NCBI RefSeq assembly: GCF_009914755.1
Contig: NC_060930.1
Direction: 5' to 3' (one strand)
From: the human T2T-CHM13v2.0 reference genome, Homo sapiens
Length of the DNA: 64,000 nucleotides
Position numbers and translations under genes: made by a program
Part shown: positions 45,821-59,850 of the stretch, in pieces
Position numbering within the stretch: position 1 is the first letter of the stretch
How the letters are laid out: the number at the start of each line of letters is the position of its first letter
The notes under the pieces: generated by a model
Told to the model about the DNA's origin: nothing
The model's database searches: none
Seen by the model: only the letters and a program-made list of their open reading frames with translations

Positions 45821-47056
45821 TACAAAGACATAAAGAGAAGAGACATTCCGTTTAATCCATGAGGGAAACAGTGTGCCAGTTAAAAAGCATTGGTATAATT
45901 AGAAAATAAAAGGAGCATATAATCGGCCCTTAAATGTGTGCTGGAGAGGAATTTAGAAATCAGCCCATTATTTTCAAAGGAGGAAACTGAGCCAAGATTG
46001 CTTGTGACTTATTCTGCTGTCACACAACGAATAGGTAACAGAATAATAGGCAGCCCGAGATATCCGGATTACAAGCCCTGTGCTCTTTTCAGTACACAAT
46101 CCAGCTTTTGTAGCACCTGAGAATGCTAAATGAGAATAAAATAACTGGATTTTTTATGAAGTCCTTCATTTCCACAAGAATGTGGAGCGGGGCATCCTGA
46201 AGCAGACCCTATGTCAATTTAGCTAGGTGTTCTGGAAGCTCTAGTAGTATCTGACTCCATTTCAAAGGTGAGTTCCATGTGAATCCTCTTCCACTAACGG
46301 TTTTTTCCTCATACATTTTCCATCACTTAATATTTGCTGCTGGGCTGCTATTTGCATCAATGGCTTTTTAAATACATATTATCTATTAGGTGAATATGTT
46401 CTTCCTTTAATTGTTCTTAATTTGCACTGCTCAGGAAACAAAGGCTTAGAGAGTTAGTCTAGGAGTGTGGAAGGAGCATAGGTGTTAGATCCTGAGTTTG
46501 AATCCTTGCTCTGCCCTCCAAACACCAGTCCTTTCATCTCTAAATTGCAGGGACATTCGCGCCTACCTCCTAACTCAATTGTTGTAAGGTAAAATAAATT
46601 AATGTAGGAAAAAGCCTGACACATAGAAGCATAATCAATTAATATTAATTCTATTTCCAGCCTAGTATTCTAGATTTGGGGCACAAATTATTTTACTAAT
46701 GTGTCTGATATTATTCTAGATTTTGATCACAAATCTTTGAGTTCAACCTTTTCAAATGGCAGGGTCCCAATCTCTTTAGGTTCTGTCTTGACAATGGCAT
46801 CTGCCTTTATATTTCTAACCATTATAGTTGGGTTTTTTTTGGTATTATCTATGATTGATGCACCCTTATAATATATTACTCAGTACTCCAGGAGCAGGCC
46901 ACTAAAGTTTAATAGGAGGTAGGTTAAAGTTTTCAGTGTCTTTGTGGATGGTTAATTACTATAAATATCAGAAGGAAAATTTCATAAAATTGATGAACTA
47001 GGGATTCATCCATTTATTTCTTAAGTTTTTATTCATCATCTATTTTGTACATAAAT

Positions 47057-47132
47057 TAGGGCTGCCAGATTAGCAAACAAAAATACAGATGCCCAGTTAA
47101 CTGAATGCCTTGCATTTTATTTGACAACTGTA
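47057..47132. mobile_element. MER53-like hAT MITE, internally deleted
   Basis: TAGGGCTGCCAGATTAGCAAACAAAAATACAG...TTTTATTTGACAACTGTA. Confidence 0.55.
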
Positions 47133-47160
47133 ACATAGATTTCATAGGGCTGATCTTTGT

Positions 47161-47506
<346 letters not shown>

Positions 47507-47606
47507 CTATACACCAAGGGAATTTTTATGCAAGGTGAGAACATCAGCATAAAGTTAGAGATAGGTGGTAGAAAATGCATGGAAAGGGAGGGTTATATGT
47601 GGATGG

Positions 47607-48040
47607 CATGTTAGTTTCCCAGGGCTGCTATAACAAAATACCACAAATTGAGTGACAACACAACAGAAACCTATTCTCTCACAGGTCCAGAGGTTAGAAG
47701 TCTAAAATCAAGGTGTAGGCAGGGCTGATTTTTTCTGAGGTTGCTGAGAGAGAATCTGCACCATACCTCTCTCCTAGTTTCTGTCAATGGCCAGCAATCC
47801 TTGGCTTGTAGATGCACCTCTCTAATTTCAGCCTCTGCCTTCACATGGCATTCTTTCTTCATGTCTCTTCTCCTCTCTTTACAAAGCCAGCAATCAAATT
47901 GAAGTAGTGCCTACTCTAATGACTTCATCTTAACTTGATTACATCTGTAAAACCCTGTTTCCAAATATAGTCACGTTAGAAGGTCCCAGGAGTTAGGACT
48001 TGAACATATCTTTCTGGAGGAATCAAGCCAATCTATAACA
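47607..48040 (-). mobile_element. MaLR solo LTR (MLT1C-like)
   Basis: TTAGTTTCCCAGGGCTGCTATAACAAAATACCACAAA; 5-bp TSD GATGG (47602-47606 / 48041-48045). Confidence 0.85.
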
Positions 48041-48684
48041 GATGGTATGAGTATTTAATACCATAGAGCTGAGAGACAGGGCAATTTGTCGTGAGGTGGA
48101 ATGATTAAAAACGCCCGCAGCAGTGTCAAGAATGAACAGAGCTGGACTTCAAAGGGTGGGTGGACATCGTTGGAGAGGAGGAGAAGGGCTTGAAGTAGAT
48201 GATGAACAAGAGACTAGGGGAGAAACTCACCTTCTGGGGTCGAAGATACTTGCTGTAATTTACTAAGATCAATAACAAGCATGCTGAAAACTCTGAGAAA
48301 AGCAATAATAATCAAACTTCCTCAGCTCAGAAAAGCAACAGTGCCATTTTAAGGCAGATTTTATCGGTGTCCAAGATTCCTTTCATCTCTGAAGTTCAGG
48401 TTGCTCAGTGTTAATTTGGTTTTGGCACAGCCCCAGAGATACTAAAGGAACAAGCCTGGGAAATTATTACTGGCAATGTCTGGATTCCTGATGCACTGAG
48501 CCTGTTATACTAGAACCCAACTCGGGGGTTATATTTAAAATCAAACATTTGTATAAAATAAAGTGTGAATTGTAAGCAATCAGTACAGTTAGAATGTTAT
48601 CATTATTTTGAGACAGGGCCTTAAATCAAACATTTATGTAAAGTAAAGCATAAATTGTAAGCAATTATTACAGTTAAAATGTTA

Positions 48685-48972
48685 TTATTATTTTTCATTT
48701 TTTGAGACACAGTCTTGCTTTGTCACCTAGGCTGAACTACAGTGGTACAACCACAGCTCACTGCAGTCTTGACCTCCTGAGCCCAGGTGATCCTCCCACC
48801 TCAGCCCCATGAGTAGCTGGGACTACAGGCCTGGATAAGTTTTAAAATTTTTGTAGAGGCTGAGTTTCACTATGTTGCCCAGGCTGGTCCCAAAACTCCT
48901 GGGCTCAAGTGGTCCTCCCAGCTCAGCTGCCCAAATTGTTGAGATTACAGGTGTGAGCCACCACATCCAGCC
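48685..48972 (-). mobile_element. AluJ SINE
   Basis: CAGCTCACTGCAGTCTTGACCTCC...GATCCTCCCACCTCAGCC. Confidence 0.88.
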
Positions 48973-49481
48973 AGAGTGTTATTTATTCTATAGGGATTGA
49001 TTAAGCTTTCCAACTTTTTAGGATGTGTCCATTTCATAAAACTGATCTGAATGAAACAAAGACCAGAGAAGAGTTCTAAGCTTTGTTTATTGTGTGAGAA
49101 ACCAGTGCAGAAGGCATGTTAAGCTGGATCTATAATGTTGTGAGTGTGTACCATGCTACAGAACACCATAGTCTATATCATATTTTCATATGGATGAACA
49201 ATTTTCCTTCCCTCCTTGTTAAAGCAACCAAGTGAAATTCAATTTAAATAGCAATTCACAGAAGAAAAAGCCTAAAAGTAAAGGTACGAGCCACAAGGAC
49301 CACAGTGGCTTTTGTTCCGTTGCTGAATATGAATGTAACTTCTTGCATTTTCAGTTATTAGTCAATTAAATAAACTTTATGTGAAGTTCATTTTATGTTG
49401 GTTTACCTTAGAATTGAGTACATTACTGAACTGCTATAAGGCTATAGTTTTCTTTTAGTTGATGTTTCAAAAAATTATTTG

Positions 49482-49781
<300 letters not shown>

Positions 49782-50949
49782 TCATTTGAAAAGGAAGAGG
49801 GAATCTAACAGTTGGGATGAACTCTTTTTGATTTACCATCTAGTTACCCCGTTCCCTGGTTGTTGCCCACTTGTAATCACTGAACAAGGAAGCTGGGCAA
49901 GTACAAGGAAGCATCGTGCAGGGAAGCTCTCACTTCCACTTCATTGTCACTTACAGTTCTGTGACATTTGTTGCCAGCAAAGATTTGGGTTTTTCAGGCT
50001 AATATCCACAGACCTATTTATTTCTTCCTAGTTACCTTCAGATTCAGATAAACTGCCAGAAGGCTGGGGTCTGGGAGACCAAAAAGCTCAGATTTACTCA
50101 GTGAGAAAACAAAGACTTGCCTGCTTTCTACTCAATGTGTCTTTTCTTAGAAAGTAAGTTTTTATTAAAGTGGTGAACATTAATATTTTAATCAATTACA
50201 TTGCTGAAAATTATGAATAGCGTAGGGTAAATGTTAATCAATCAAGCAAGCAATCACAATTGCAAAGAAACCTAGGGCTGGTTACATACCTTGTTTGTAA
50301 TCTGCAACTGAGACCAGAAAAGCGTCTGCTGCCTTGGTTCTTTCAGGGCATTAGTAAATCTGACTCAGTCGGACTCTCGGAGTTCTGGGACTCCCTTTGC
50401 ACTGTAACCATTGGCAAAGCTCCTGGAGTCTTTTTTTTTTTTTTTTTTACCAGACACCTTTATTTAAACCATCTTCCTTTTGGAAAGAATGATTTTCCTG
50501 CTTACTGCTTATCATGTGAAAAGTGTTATTTGTCTTTCTAACTCTTCAGGACATCCTCAGGTTCCTTTCTTAGCCGCAACCTTACTAGCTCATGTGAAGA
50601 CGTCACATCCCCAGGTTATTTGTGATAGATATGCACATAGCTGGCCTTCTTATCTGCAGAAAAAGAAATAGCTGCTCAGGATTGAAAAATAATTCTCTTT
50701 TCCTTACAGGACTGAAAAAACTTGTTTATTTTAGAACATCTTAAAAACATACAAAGGAGAAGGGAAAAACGACCCAGAGTACCATTACCTAAAGGCAATC
50801 ATTATGAATATTTTAGTTTATATCCTTCCAATCTGATTGCTTTCTGTATATTTTATTTTGTAAAATAGTTGCACTTGCATTCTTTCTAAAATGGTGTGTG
50901 TGTGTGCATGCACGTGTATTGGCTGTTTGCTTTTAGTGCTATTCATCAA

Positions 50950-51200
50950 AAGTGATATAGCAAAATGGTCATAAATGTATAAATGTGAAGGCAGTGTGTG
51001 GGTTCAAATCCTGATTTCCCCATCTTTTCAAACTTGGGAATGTGATTCAGCTTCTTTAAATCTCTTTTCTCTCCCCAAATATGAGTATAACAATTATATG
51101 CACTTCAGGGAGCTATTAGAAAAATCCAATGAGTAAGTATGTTAAGCAATCACATATTATGTATACCTGACGTATAGCAGGTGCTCAATAAATGTTAACT
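50950..51200 (+). mobile_element. MIR
   Basis: GGGTTCAAATCCTG; ATAGCAGGTGCTCAATAAATGTTA. Confidence 0.6.
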
Positions 51201-51548
51201 CTTAACTTTCTCCTATCATAAAATATTCAGGAATGTAATTTTACATGACTGCATAAAATTTTATCTTTTGTACCTATTATTGTTTGGTTATCTATTCTCC
51301 TATCTTTGGACATTTATGTTGCTTACAGTTTTTTACCTCTATATATAATCTTGGAATAAATATCTTTGTATGAAAAGATTTTTCTGTAGTTCAGCTTATT
51401 TTCTGAATTATCTTAATTCCAAAAATAGAATGTCTGAGTCAAGCAAGATGAATATATTGTCAATTTCTTCATAAAGAGGTTGTCGTTATTTATATTTCCG
51501 TCAGCCTGGTATGAATAGGATCGTTTCACCATAGTCTTGCCAGCAGTT

Positions 51549-51573
51549 TGTGTGTGTGTGTGTGTGTGTGTGT
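51549..51573. repeat. (TG)n microsatellite
   Basis: Direct reading. Confidence 0.9.
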
Positions 51574-51899
51574 ATCTATATTATTTGATAGAAAAATTGA
51601 TATCTCATTCTTTGATTGCTAGAGAGTTGTGGTGTTGTAGATATTTTTTAAAGAACTTGAACTCATCAGGAGTTTATTTGAGTACGGTGGAGTTAGAGTC
51701 TAAATTGATTTGCCTCAACCTAATGAGGCTGGAGTAATCTGTAGGCTCAACCAAACTGGAAGTTGCTCAGTCACATTAAAATTTTTTATAATAGCAACTT
51801 CAGTGATGTTGTCACTACCTTATACCTTGCTGTATCATATTTCCTAGCTCATACACCTTGCTTTGTCATATGTTTGATGAGTTAGATAACGTATTAGTT

Positions 51900-52765
51900 G
51901 AGTGTGGCCCATCCATTTATCCAAATACAATCATCTGAGGAACCACATTTCCTGACACTTCCACACTTTTGTAGCATCTCCCTGTATAACTCCTGGAATA
52001 TGATGGAAGTGATGCCACATTGCATGCCTTTTGAGGCTAGGCATGAGAAGACTGGCAGCTTTCACCTTGGCATCTTGGAGCATATACGCATCCTGGTGAG
52101 GAGTTAGTTGTCACTCTGAAATTGCCATGAACTGAGAGATCCCAAGACAGTTATGTAGAGAGGTCATGTGGAGGGAAATGTCAGCTCCCAATTTGTCCAA
52201 CTCCTCCATCTGAGGCTCCAGAAATGGGAGTGTAGGCTGGGTGCCATGGCTCACACCTGTAATCCCAGCACTTTGGGAGGCTGAGGCAAGTGGATCACTT
52301 GAAGTCAGGAGTTCAAGACCAGCCTGGCGAACACAGTGAAACCCCGTCTCTACTAAAAATATAAAAATTACCTGGGCGTAGTGGTGGGCACCTGTAATCC
52401 CAGCTACTACAGAGGCTGAGACGGGAGAGTCACTTGAACCCAGGAGGCAGAGGTTGCAGTAAGCCTAGATTGCGCCACTGCACTCCAGCCTGGGTGACAG
52501 AGTGAGACTCTGTCTCAAAAATAAAATAAAACGAAATAAAATAAAATAAACAGAAAGAAAGAGATGTGAGTGCAGAAGCCATGTTGGACATTCCAGTCTA
52601 GTCATATCTTTGGATAACTCCAGCCCTAGACACTATCTAACCATGACCACGTGAAAGACCAGAAGCAATAAGTATCCAGTGAGCCTGTGGGAGATAACAA
52701 TAAATTGTTGCTTAAGCCACTAAGTTTTAGGATGGTTTGTTATGCAGTGATAGAAAACCAGCACA
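51900..52765 (+). mobile_element. MaLR LTR (MLT1G/H-like) interrupted by an Alu
   Basis: GAAGTGATGCC...GAGGCTAGGCATGAGAAGACTGGCAGCTTTCACCTT; TTAAGCCACTAAGTTTTAGGATGGTTTGTTATGCAG. Confidence 0.7.
52235..52559 (+). mobile_element. AluS (Sx/Sz-like) SINE
   Basis: Full dimer; degenerate TSD AGAAATGGGAGTGTA / AGAGATGTGAGTGCA. Confidence 0.92.
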
Positions 52766-55382
52766 ATGAATTAATACAGAGGAAGCACAGTTCTTTGGTT
52801 TGAAATATTTCTTCTTTGAAAATTAGCAGGAAGTAAACATTGGAGTTAATAATGATAGCTTTTACCAAAATAGAAAGATAGTCATAGAAGATAGCATTCC
52901 AAATTAATTGATGATGGGAGTGGAAAAGCAATATTGAGAAATATACAGGCATAGGTTTTACATGGGGTTGGTGGTAAAGAGAATTGAAAGAAGCCTGATA
53001 ATGTGGCCACTGAGAGTCAACTGAGTATAGCATGCACGTCAAGGGCTGGGGTGACTTGGGGATTTGCAGGCCTAAGAGAAAAGATGTTCTGACAAAGGGC
53101 AAATTAATGGCTAAAGACTTTTTGCCTGGAAGTGTCTCTCTCTTGTTAGATTGATAGATTTTTCTTTCTGTCATACAAAGTATTAGAACGGCCAACTTTC
53201 ACATTACACATTTCATAGTTTGGTGATTAGTAACATGATGCCTTTGTATTTTAGTGCCTATGGATTTTTAAAAAGTATTATCTTTGTGAGTTTTGGGGTG
53301 CATACTAACTCCAAATTTTATTATTTAATTTGCTTGAATTCTACTCTGCAAATCCACCATATGTAATTGGTAGTTAAGTTTGGGCTACATAGGTTGTGGC
53401 AGAATTTAATTGACTTAAACATATATAAAATGACAATATAAAGAGCTTTCATTTTATTTAGTGTCTTAGTCACCTTTTATCTTCTTTGTTAGCTTCCAAA
53501 CCATATTGATTTTATGAGTGTCTCTGAGGAAGGTAGAATATGAAGTTTACGAAGAGGAAAGTCTCTTGCAGTAGTACTAATAAAACCATATGTAGGCCAA
53601 GGTTCTGGACGATTGAGGGGCCAGATCCACCTCCCTGGAGCTTTCCTTGAGGGATGCAATCCCAGTATAAAAATTGGTGTTGAGACACCTTTGTTCTTGA
53701 CACTGAATATATTGCCAATTTTGTTCCACTTCTAATTTGCAATCGAAGTCATCTGTTGCCCCAGTGCAGGCTGTTTATTTTTTTTAAAGAGTTTTGTTAA
53801 GATTTTTACTACATGGACTTAATTATGTAATTACATAACAGATCTGGTAACTGCTTCAAAGGAACCATTCTAATCTATGAGGTACCTAAGATAGTCTTTA
53901 AAGAACATCTAATTACATAATTACAATGCCTAACAGACCAGAATAACAGGTAGCAAGAATATCTTTGGAGCCATAAGAGAAGCTCTGTGGCCTTTAGGGT
54001 ATATAATATCAGTTATGAAAATAACCCCATCACTATGTCATTATGTAACAGCACATAATGGCAAAGAAGGTATTAATGCTGGATATAATAAATAGATGCA
54101 TTTTGCTATAAATGACTTTCTTTAATTTTCAAAAAATGTGTAGAAGCAATTGAAAATATCTTAAACCATGAGACAGAAAAAACTATGACATTTTAGATAC
54201 AGGATGGCAGTGACTTTTGAAAGCAAAATTTAAAGAGATTGAAGACATATTGAAATAGTTATAAAAGTAGGCATATTAATGTCAAAACCACAAAATGCAT
54301 TTAAGGTATAAAAGACAGAAAATTCAAAATATTATATTCATATGTTTGAAACTGGCATGCTATGTTTTCTAAGTAATAGTGAAAAAATCAAGAATGAAAC
54401 TAAAACATGTTAGAGTCTTGAAATACTATGAATACTAGGTGTTAAAGGCTCTGTTAAAATCTGAGGAGTGAATCAGAAAAAAGAGCAAATTTTAATCAAG
54501 GCCCATGTTCAAATATTTTAGTGTTGGCAATATTATTCTGTGATATCTATTGGGAAATATACAAGAAAAACGAAATTTTATGAGTTTATAAAACTCATAA
54601 AAATCTGTCTTAGTTTTATGAGCAAGAGGCTTTGTTATTATTGTTGTGTGTTTTAAAGGATACATTTTACAAAAAAAAGCCCCAAATATGTAAAAGTATT
54701 ACATATTGAGTATTCGTTACCCACTAAAATTTTATACCAAAGTTCACGATTCTGAGACCACTGGTATGTAGAAAAATACTTGGCCTCTGTAAACGAACAT
54801 TTCAAATGTTTCACTGACCAAGAGCCAACAATTTTGGGAAAATTTTAAAGCCAATTTTATGATAAAAATTATGTGAGTTTTAGTCATGACAAATATTTAA
54901 ACAATGCACATTTAAACAATACACTCTTTATTCACCTAGGAACCGTTAGGATAATATAGTTAAAGTGTCTACATGCTTTTGCATTGTATCTTGTTAAAAA
55001 AAGCCAAGTTTTGCTTGAGATATATAAACCTACTGTCCTTACATATCTTTCTTCCCCAACAGAATTTGAGTGGCATTCAAAACTCACAATGTTGCAATGA
55101 GCTCTGCACTTGGGAATATTCATATTTATAATCTGTATATTTTAGCCAATATGGTTTTTTGTTTTATGAGGCCTGGAATATTTTTTCAATTCAATATCAA
55201 TCTATTCTTCAAGATGGACATGAGATATAATATTTTATATATGCTAGCCCTACTTTGTGAGATAATACTTAATGGTCTTCTCCTCCATCAATCTCTCCAA
55301 ATGCAACACAACCACCACTATAAGCATAAGAAAATATCCTGTATACAGTTCAAAATCATTCCTTTTCAAAATTCAAGGTAAG

Positions 55383-56845
55383 AGATTTCTAAATATGGCC
55401 ATGACGAAATAACAGGATTTACTCTCCCACCTTAGCCAATTAGGAAGCTAGACAAAATATATAAGGAAATTATTTTTAGACATTACGTGATAGACAGCAC
55501 AGGTTTATTAGCCCTGATTACAAGGTAAACTATATAATTACTCCAGTTTTCTACCTAGAGGCTGTATTCCCTCTGCTGTGCAGGGAGAGAAGAAACAAAT
55601 TAAAAACAAGGAATCTCACTGAGTTTTAGAGACATTGATTGTAGTTCAGGGAGACATTGGTGGAGCACAGGGAGCTTCACAAAGACAGAGCTTGGAAGAT
55701 ATGCAGAGGTGTCCCTTTGAGTCTTTGGTGGAGTACTGATTTGCTCATGCATGAGAATAAATGATCCAAGGCTGGATATACGTAGGCTGGACATTGGAAC
55801 TGAGTAGGCTGAACAATTCCTGAAGCTAATCACAGGCTGGAAATATATTCTCTTCCTGTCAGCAAGAGCGGAGGGATTTCATAATAAATGAGGCATTGAG
55901 TAGACTATTCGGAAGGCTAAATTATCCCTAGAATAAAGGCTGCTCTTGACGTGACCTAACACAGCTTAAAAGCAATGCTATGCAGAAACAAAGCAATCCC
56001 AAATATCCCAAATAGTCTGACTGCTTCCCAGACAAAAAAGTCAATACCATTTAAAGGAATGCAACAAAATCTCATACCCAACAACATAAAATTTACAGTG
56101 TCCAGTATCCAAAAGAGTACTGCCAGACATACAAAGAATTAGGAAATTATGACACATAACTCAGAGAAAAATTAATTGATAGACTTAGACCCAGAAATAA
56201 GTGAAATTATGAGATAGCAGACAAAGATGTTAAAATAACTATTATAAATATACTCTGTATTCCTGAAGGTTTGAGAACAGCATAAGTATAATGAGGAGAG
56301 ATATAGAAGATATAAAATGACAAATAAAACTTCTAAAAATTAAAACTAAAGTGCTTGGAATAAAAAAATACACTGGTTTGGATTCATGGCAGATTAAACC
56401 TTGCAGGGAAAAAATCAATGACTTTGAAAACATAGCACTAGAAAATCTCCAAAATAAAGCAGAGAGGAAAAAAGAATTAAAGAAAAATGAACAAAGCATT
56501 AGTAACCTTTGAGGAAATATCAGAAAGTCTGACATAGGAGTAATTGATATACTAGAAGTAAAAAAAGAAAAAAGGGGGATGGAAAAAATATTGAAGAAAT
56601 AATAGGCAGACTATTTTCAAATTTGATAAAAATTAGAAGACCACAGATTGAAGAAGCTCATTGCACTCAGAGTAGAGGAAGAAAGAAAAATAGCAGGACA
56701 CATAATAATCAAACTGCTGAAAACTAATGATGAAAAGGAAATCTTAAAAGCAGCCAGAGAAGAAGACATAAAGAACTAAAGATAAGGAAGACAGCCAACT
56801 TATCACTAGAGGCTACAAAAGCCAGAAGACAATGGAGCACTTTAA
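55383..56845 (+). mobile_element. Old L1M 5' region with ORF1 remnants
   Basis: CACATAATAATCAAACTGCTGAAAAC...AATCTTAAAAGCAGCCAGAGA (HIIIKLLK..ILKAARE, ORF1p). Confidence 0.75.
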
Positions 56846-56965
56846 CCTTGATTGGCTAAAGCCACATAATAATTATCTTGCCTCAGTTTTTAATCATTAT
56901 TGTTTGGAGTATAAGTGGGTTTTTCACTTCTTAATCAATGTGTTTAACGAGTATGGCTTTATTCC

Positions 56966-57268
<303 letters not shown>

Positions 57269-57279
57269 TATTTCTTTTT

Positions 57280-57790
57280 TTAAAAATAAACTTTATTAAT
57301 TAGGGCAGTTTTAGATTCACAAGAAAATTGAGCAGAAGGTACAGAAAGTTCCCATCTATCCCCCATACCTACATACACACAGCATCCCCCATTATCAAAA
57401 TCCTTAGCTGAAGTGGTACATTTGTTACAATCAACCTACATTGTCACCTAAAGACCACAGTTTACATTATGGTTCGCTCTTGGTGTTGTACATTCTGTGA
57501 ATTTGGAAAAACAAAATTACATGTATACACTATTATAGTATCAAACAGAGTTGTTTCACTGCCCTGAAAATCCTCTGTGCAGGGTCTATTCATCCCTTCT
57601 CCCTTAACCCCTGACAATCACTGATGCTTTTACTGTCTCCATAATTTTGCCTTTTCCAGAATGTCATACAGTAGAAATGATATAGTAGAAATGATGCATC
57701 CTTTTCAGATTGGCTTCTTTCATTTAGTAATATACATTACGGTTCCTCCATGCCTTTTAATGGCTTGACAGCTCATTTCTTTCTTTTTTA
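57280..57790 (-). mobile_element. L1MC1/L1MD-type 3' end
   Basis: GCAGTTTTAGATTCACAAGAAAATTGAGCAGAAGGTACAG; TTTTGCCTTTTCCAGAATGTCATA. Confidence 0.85.
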
Positions 57791-57879
57791 ATGTACAAAT
57801 ACTTTAAATTAGCACACATGTAATTTCAATGTCCAATAAGTTCTGTCCTGATTCCTTTCCACAAGATTTTTAAAATAGG

Positions 57880-58069
57880 TTTCCCTTCCCTTCTCTTCCC
57901 TTCCCTTCCCTTCCCTTCCCTTCCCTTCCCTTCCCTCCCCTCCCCTTACCTTCCCTCCCCTCCCCTTCCCTCCCCTCCCCTCTCCTCTCCCATCCCCCCC
58001 TCCCATCCCATCCCACTCCCCTCCCCTCCCCTCCCCTTCCATTCCCTTCCCTTCCCTTCTTCTTTTTTT
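57880..58069. repeat. (CCCTT)n/(CCCCT)n polypyrimidine tract
   Basis: Direct reading. Confidence 0.92.
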
Positions 58070-58235
58070 GGAGCAGTTTTAGATTCACAGCAAAATTGAG
58101 TGGATGGTACAGTGTTTTCCCATGTATTTACTGCCACCAAATATGCACAGCCTCTCCCACAGCTAACATCCCGTTCAGAGTGATATATTTGTTACAATTG
58201 ATAAACCTACCCTGACACATCATTATCACCCAGAC
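58063..58235 (-). mobile_element. Second short L1MC/L1MD-type 3' end
   Basis: GAGCAGTTTTAGATTCACAGCAAAATTGAG; ATTTGTTACAATTGATAAACCTAC. Confidence 0.8.
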
Positions 58236-58299
58236 TCAAATTATTTACTGTATTTCTGCTAAAATATGCCTTTAATGGTTATATAGTGATTATTTGTCC

Positions 58300-59850
58300 C
58301 TAATACTATATTTATAATAAAGTTATCTATTTTAATATCACCAACTTCTATTTTGAATAGTATTTGTCTTACTTTTTAGTATTTTATTTCTATCCTTTCT
58401 ATATGGTTATGCTTTAGGTGTGTCTCCTTTAATAACAAAGAGTTGAATTTTGTGTTTTTAAATCTATTCAGGCAATTCCAGTTTTTTTTTTTAATTTAGT
58501 GGGTTTAGTCTATTTTTATTTATTGTGATTAATGATATATTTGGATTATCACTATCACCTTGCATTTTTTCCTATGCTTTTTCTACTCCTTTAATTTGGA
58601 CTCATGAAACACACCCTCTCTACTTTCATCTACTGGTTTAGAAGTAATACATTCTATTTCTAATGTTCAATGCTTGTATTACATTTTTAATTTAGATATT
58701 TGTCTTAAAAACAACCCACGCTGGTCACCTTCTCCTGTTTTAAGTGTCTTTATTTTTCATTATTTTAGTTCTGATTACCCTTTATCCCAAGTGTAGTCAT
58801 TGTTATGCTTATTTCTTAAATGTACAGTTGATGTTTGTTGAGATTTAGGTACATGTTACTGATTTTTTTTTTGCCACCTTGTACTTACATCTATGAAAAT
58901 TCTGTGAGGTTGCACAGTGGTAGGCAGCAGCATTCACACTGCATACTTTCTGAAGGGTAGCACCCAGAGCTGTGCCTCGCAGCAGCACAGACATCAGTAT
59001 TCCCTTCTAGGTTCTATTTCCTTGTTTCTGATGTAGAGATTTTAGAAGTTTCTTAAGCGAGGGTGTGTGACGGTACATTTTCTGTTATTTTTCTTTATTT
59101 TGTTGTCTTTCTTAAGTAAGAGTTTAGCTTGGTATGTAATTTTAGGTTGAGATCGATTGACATGCTGAAAATTATTCTACTGTCTTCTGGCTTTTGTTGT
59201 TACTTCTTGAAAAGTGTGTCACTAGGTTTTTATCATTGGTTTGAAATTAAACTCCGATTCTCTTTCATTGCTACCAAGACTCCTTCTGTTCTATGTTTTA
59301 CAGATTCTCTGTGATGTTTGTAGGTATGAATTCATTCTTACATATCTTATTCAAGATCTGTTATGTTTCTAAATATGAGAATATCTGCCTTATGTCAATT
59401 CTTCAAAAATTTTAGTGATTATCTCTGTATTTTCCTCATTTTTTGTATACTCTGTTTCTACAACATTTAATGTACATGGGGGCCATCTTGTTTTATTCAC
59501 CATATTTATTATATTGTTCATCTCTTTATCTCTCTAAATTGCTATTTGACCAATTTCTTCCTCTGCATTTTCCAATTTGTAAGTGATTTCTTCAGCTGGA
59601 TCTATTGTGCTAACTCATCTATTCAACTATTTCAAAATGTAATTCACTTAATTCTAGTTCTGTTTGATACATTTTCAAATCTCTTTTTAGGTACTCACTT
59701 GCCTCTTTCTTTTTTAATTCATGTTTTAATTTTACTAATGTTAATGGTAAATATCAATATTAGTAATTCCACATTTGAAGTTTTAGGAGATCCAATACTA
59801 CTGTTGTTTCTATTCTTTTTTGTACATGGTGGTCTGTATGTTTTCTAATT
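58300..59850 (-). mobile_element. Highly decayed L1M fragments
   Basis: T-rich antisense L1-like motifs (TTTAGTCTATTTTTATTTATTGTGATT; ATTCTACTGTCTTCTGGCTT). Confidence 0.5.
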
